Below are positions 62,701 to 64,000 of a DNA stretch of 64,000 nucleotides, one piece after another (position 1 is the stretch's first letter; every line of letters begins with the position of its first letter). A program made the translations under genes and the position numbers. A model generated the notes under the pieces. It was not told the origin of the DNA, did not search any database, and saw only the letters and a list, made by a program, of their open reading frames with translations. Source of the stretch: Eledone cirrhosa (Eukaryota); assembly GCA_964016885.1 (NCBI GenBank), contig OZ024744.1, positions 4,092,001 through 4,156,000 on the forward strand. Direction: 5' to 3'.

Positions 62701-64000
62701 AGACAAGGTAGAGAAAGATAGCTTGGTGAAGAACGACGTTTTGTGGGAAGACAAGGTAGAGAAAGATATCTTGGTGAAGAAGGAAGTTTTGACGGGAGAC
62801 AAGGTAGAGAAAGATAGCTTGCGAAGAACGAAGTTTTGGGGGAAGACAAGGTAGAGAAAGATAGCTTGGTGAAGAACGAAGTTTTGTGGGAGGACAAGGT
62901 AGAGAAGGATAGCTTGGTGAAGAACGAAGTTCTGAGGGAAGACAAGGTAGAGAAAGATAGCTTGGTGAAGAACGACGTTTTGTGGGAAGACAAGGTAGAG
63001 AAAGATATCTTGGTGAAGAAGGAAGTTTTGACGGAAGACAAGGTAGAGAAAGATAGCTTGCGAAGAACGAAGTTTTGGGGGAAGACAAGGTAGAGAAAGA
63101 TAGCTTGGTGAAGAACGAAGTTTTGTGGGAGGACAAGGTAGAGAAAGATAGCTTGGTGAAGAACGACGTTTTGAGGGAAGACAAGGTAGAGAAAGATAGC
63201 TTGGTGAAGAACGAAATTTTGACGGAAGACAAGGTAGAGAAAGATAGCTTGGTGAAGAACGAAGTTTTGAGGGAAGACAAGGTAGCGAAAGATAGCTTGG
63301 TGAATAACGAAGTTTTGGGGGAAGACAAGGTAGAGAAAGATAGCTTGCGAAGAACGAAGTTTTGGGGGAAGACAAGGTAGAGAAAGATAGCTTGGTGAAG
63401 AACGAAGTTTTGGGGGAAGACAAGGTAGAGAAAGATAGCTTGGTGAAGAACGACGTTTTGAGGGAAGACAAGGTAGAGAAAGATAGCTTGGTGAAGAACG
63501 AAGTTTTGAGGGAAGACAAGGTAGAGAAAGATAGCTTGGTGAAGAACGATGTTTTGAGGGAAGACAAGGTAGAAAAAGATAGCTTGGTGAAGAACGACGT
63601 TTTGAGGGAAGACAAGGTAGAGAAAGATAGCTTGGTGAAGAACGACGTTTTGTGGGACGACAAGGTAGAGAAAGATAGCTTGGTGAAGAACGAAGTTTTG
63701 GGGGAAGACAAGGTAGAGAAAGATAGCTTGGTGAAGAACGAAGTTTTGGGAGAAGACAAGGTAGAGAAAGATATCTTGGTGAAGAACGAAGTTTTGGGAG
63801 AAGACAAGGTAGAGAAAGATATCTTGGTGAAGAACGAAGTTTTGACGGAAGACAAGGTAGAGAAAGATAGCTTGGTGAAGAATGACGTTTTGTGGGAAGA
63901 CAAGGTAGAGAATAGATAGCTTGGTGAAGAACGAAGTTTTGTGTGAAGACAAGGTAGAGAAAGATAGCTTGGTGAAGAACGAAGTTTTGGGGGAAGACAA
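56730..64000. repeat. Block of at least 3 kb duplicated at a 4218-bp offset (88 monomers, net -6 bp); second copy truncated by the window edge
   Basis: ORF starts 57545/61763, 58618/62836, 58857/63075, 59144/63362 with identical translations. Private GTTGTGAAA and ACGGGAGAC variants occur in both copies. Confidence 0.92.

Larger units (their letters stand above)
1..64000. repeat. Tandem satellite array of a 48-bp monomer (consensus GATAGCTTGGTGAAGAACGAAGTTTTGGGGGAAGACAAGGTAGAGAAA), about 1,330-1,340 copies, running off both window edges
   Basis: GATAGCTTGGTG recurs at 1, 49, 97, 145 and so on with a 48-bp period to the end of the window. Most monomers differ from consensus at 0-4 sites. All + ORFs are 16-aa repeats. 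No non-repeat sequence seen. Confidence 0.99.

Noticed and set aside
7-63919. Over 100 plus-strand ORFs encoding (DSLVKNEVLGEDKVEK)n, resembling a Lys/Glu-rich repeat antigen gene
   Set aside because: They begin at TTG/GTG inside the repeat and have no unique N- or C-terminal domain. They are broken every few hundred bp by indels and in-frame stops (e.g. TAG at about 10339, 19887, 49765, 50550) that are faithfully copied in duplications. Not annotated as CDS.
2019-64000. Giant minus-strand ORFs (3569, 2761, 3320, 3834 aa) as real genes
   Set aside because: They overlap one another in all three frames, start immediately after chance stops, and follow directly from the lack of TTA/CTA/TCA on +. 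Kept only as a finding, not as CDS.
1-64000. CRISPR array or diversity-generating cassette system
   Set aside because: There are no unique spacers; the variable part is a few substitutions in a fixed 48-mer. No leader, cas, recombinase or reverse transcriptase gene is present.
145-64000. Duplication lengths being multiples of 3 (3639, 1053, 4218, 5127, 2493, 2541) as evidence of selection to preserve frame
   Set aside because: About as many are not multiples of 3 (6560, 2732, 3067, 1246, 1535, 4796, 13378), so there is no convincing excess.
1-64000. Promoters, terminators, tRNA/rRNA genes or transposon ends
   Set aside because: No non-repeat sequence, inverted repeats or stable hairpins were seen. 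Shine-Dalgarno-like GGAGG or GAGG matches are incidental to a purine-rich monomer.

Overview
The whole 64 kb window is one uninterrupted head-to-tail tandem array (satellite DNA) of a 48-bp monomer, about 1,330-1,340 copies, all in the same orientation. The consensus is GATAGCTTGGTGAAGAACGAAGTTTTGGGGGAAGACAAGGTAGAGAAA (18 A, 18 G, 9 T, 3 C: 75% purine on +, about 44% GC). I saw no unique sequence, transposon, RNA gene, promoter or array boundary. Every ORF in the track is a translation of the monomer. One + frame (DSLVKNEVLGEDKVEK) and all three - frames lack stop codons, but 47-bp and 49-bp monomer variants shift the frame every few hundred bases. The real structure is in the order of monomer variants: nested tandem and dispersed duplications with periods of about 96, 192, 239, 1053, 1246, 1535, 2493/2541, 2732, 3067, 3639, 4218, 4796, 5127, 6560 and 13378 bp, plus diagnostic variants that turn over from left to right. 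This looks like a young, actively amplifying, probably eukaryotic heterochromatic or centromere-type satellite, possibly derived from a protein-coding repeat. I cannot name the family or organism, and I found no convincing multi-gene system. Duplication offsets come from ORF-track coordinates checked by eye; block boundaries are approximate to about one monomer.
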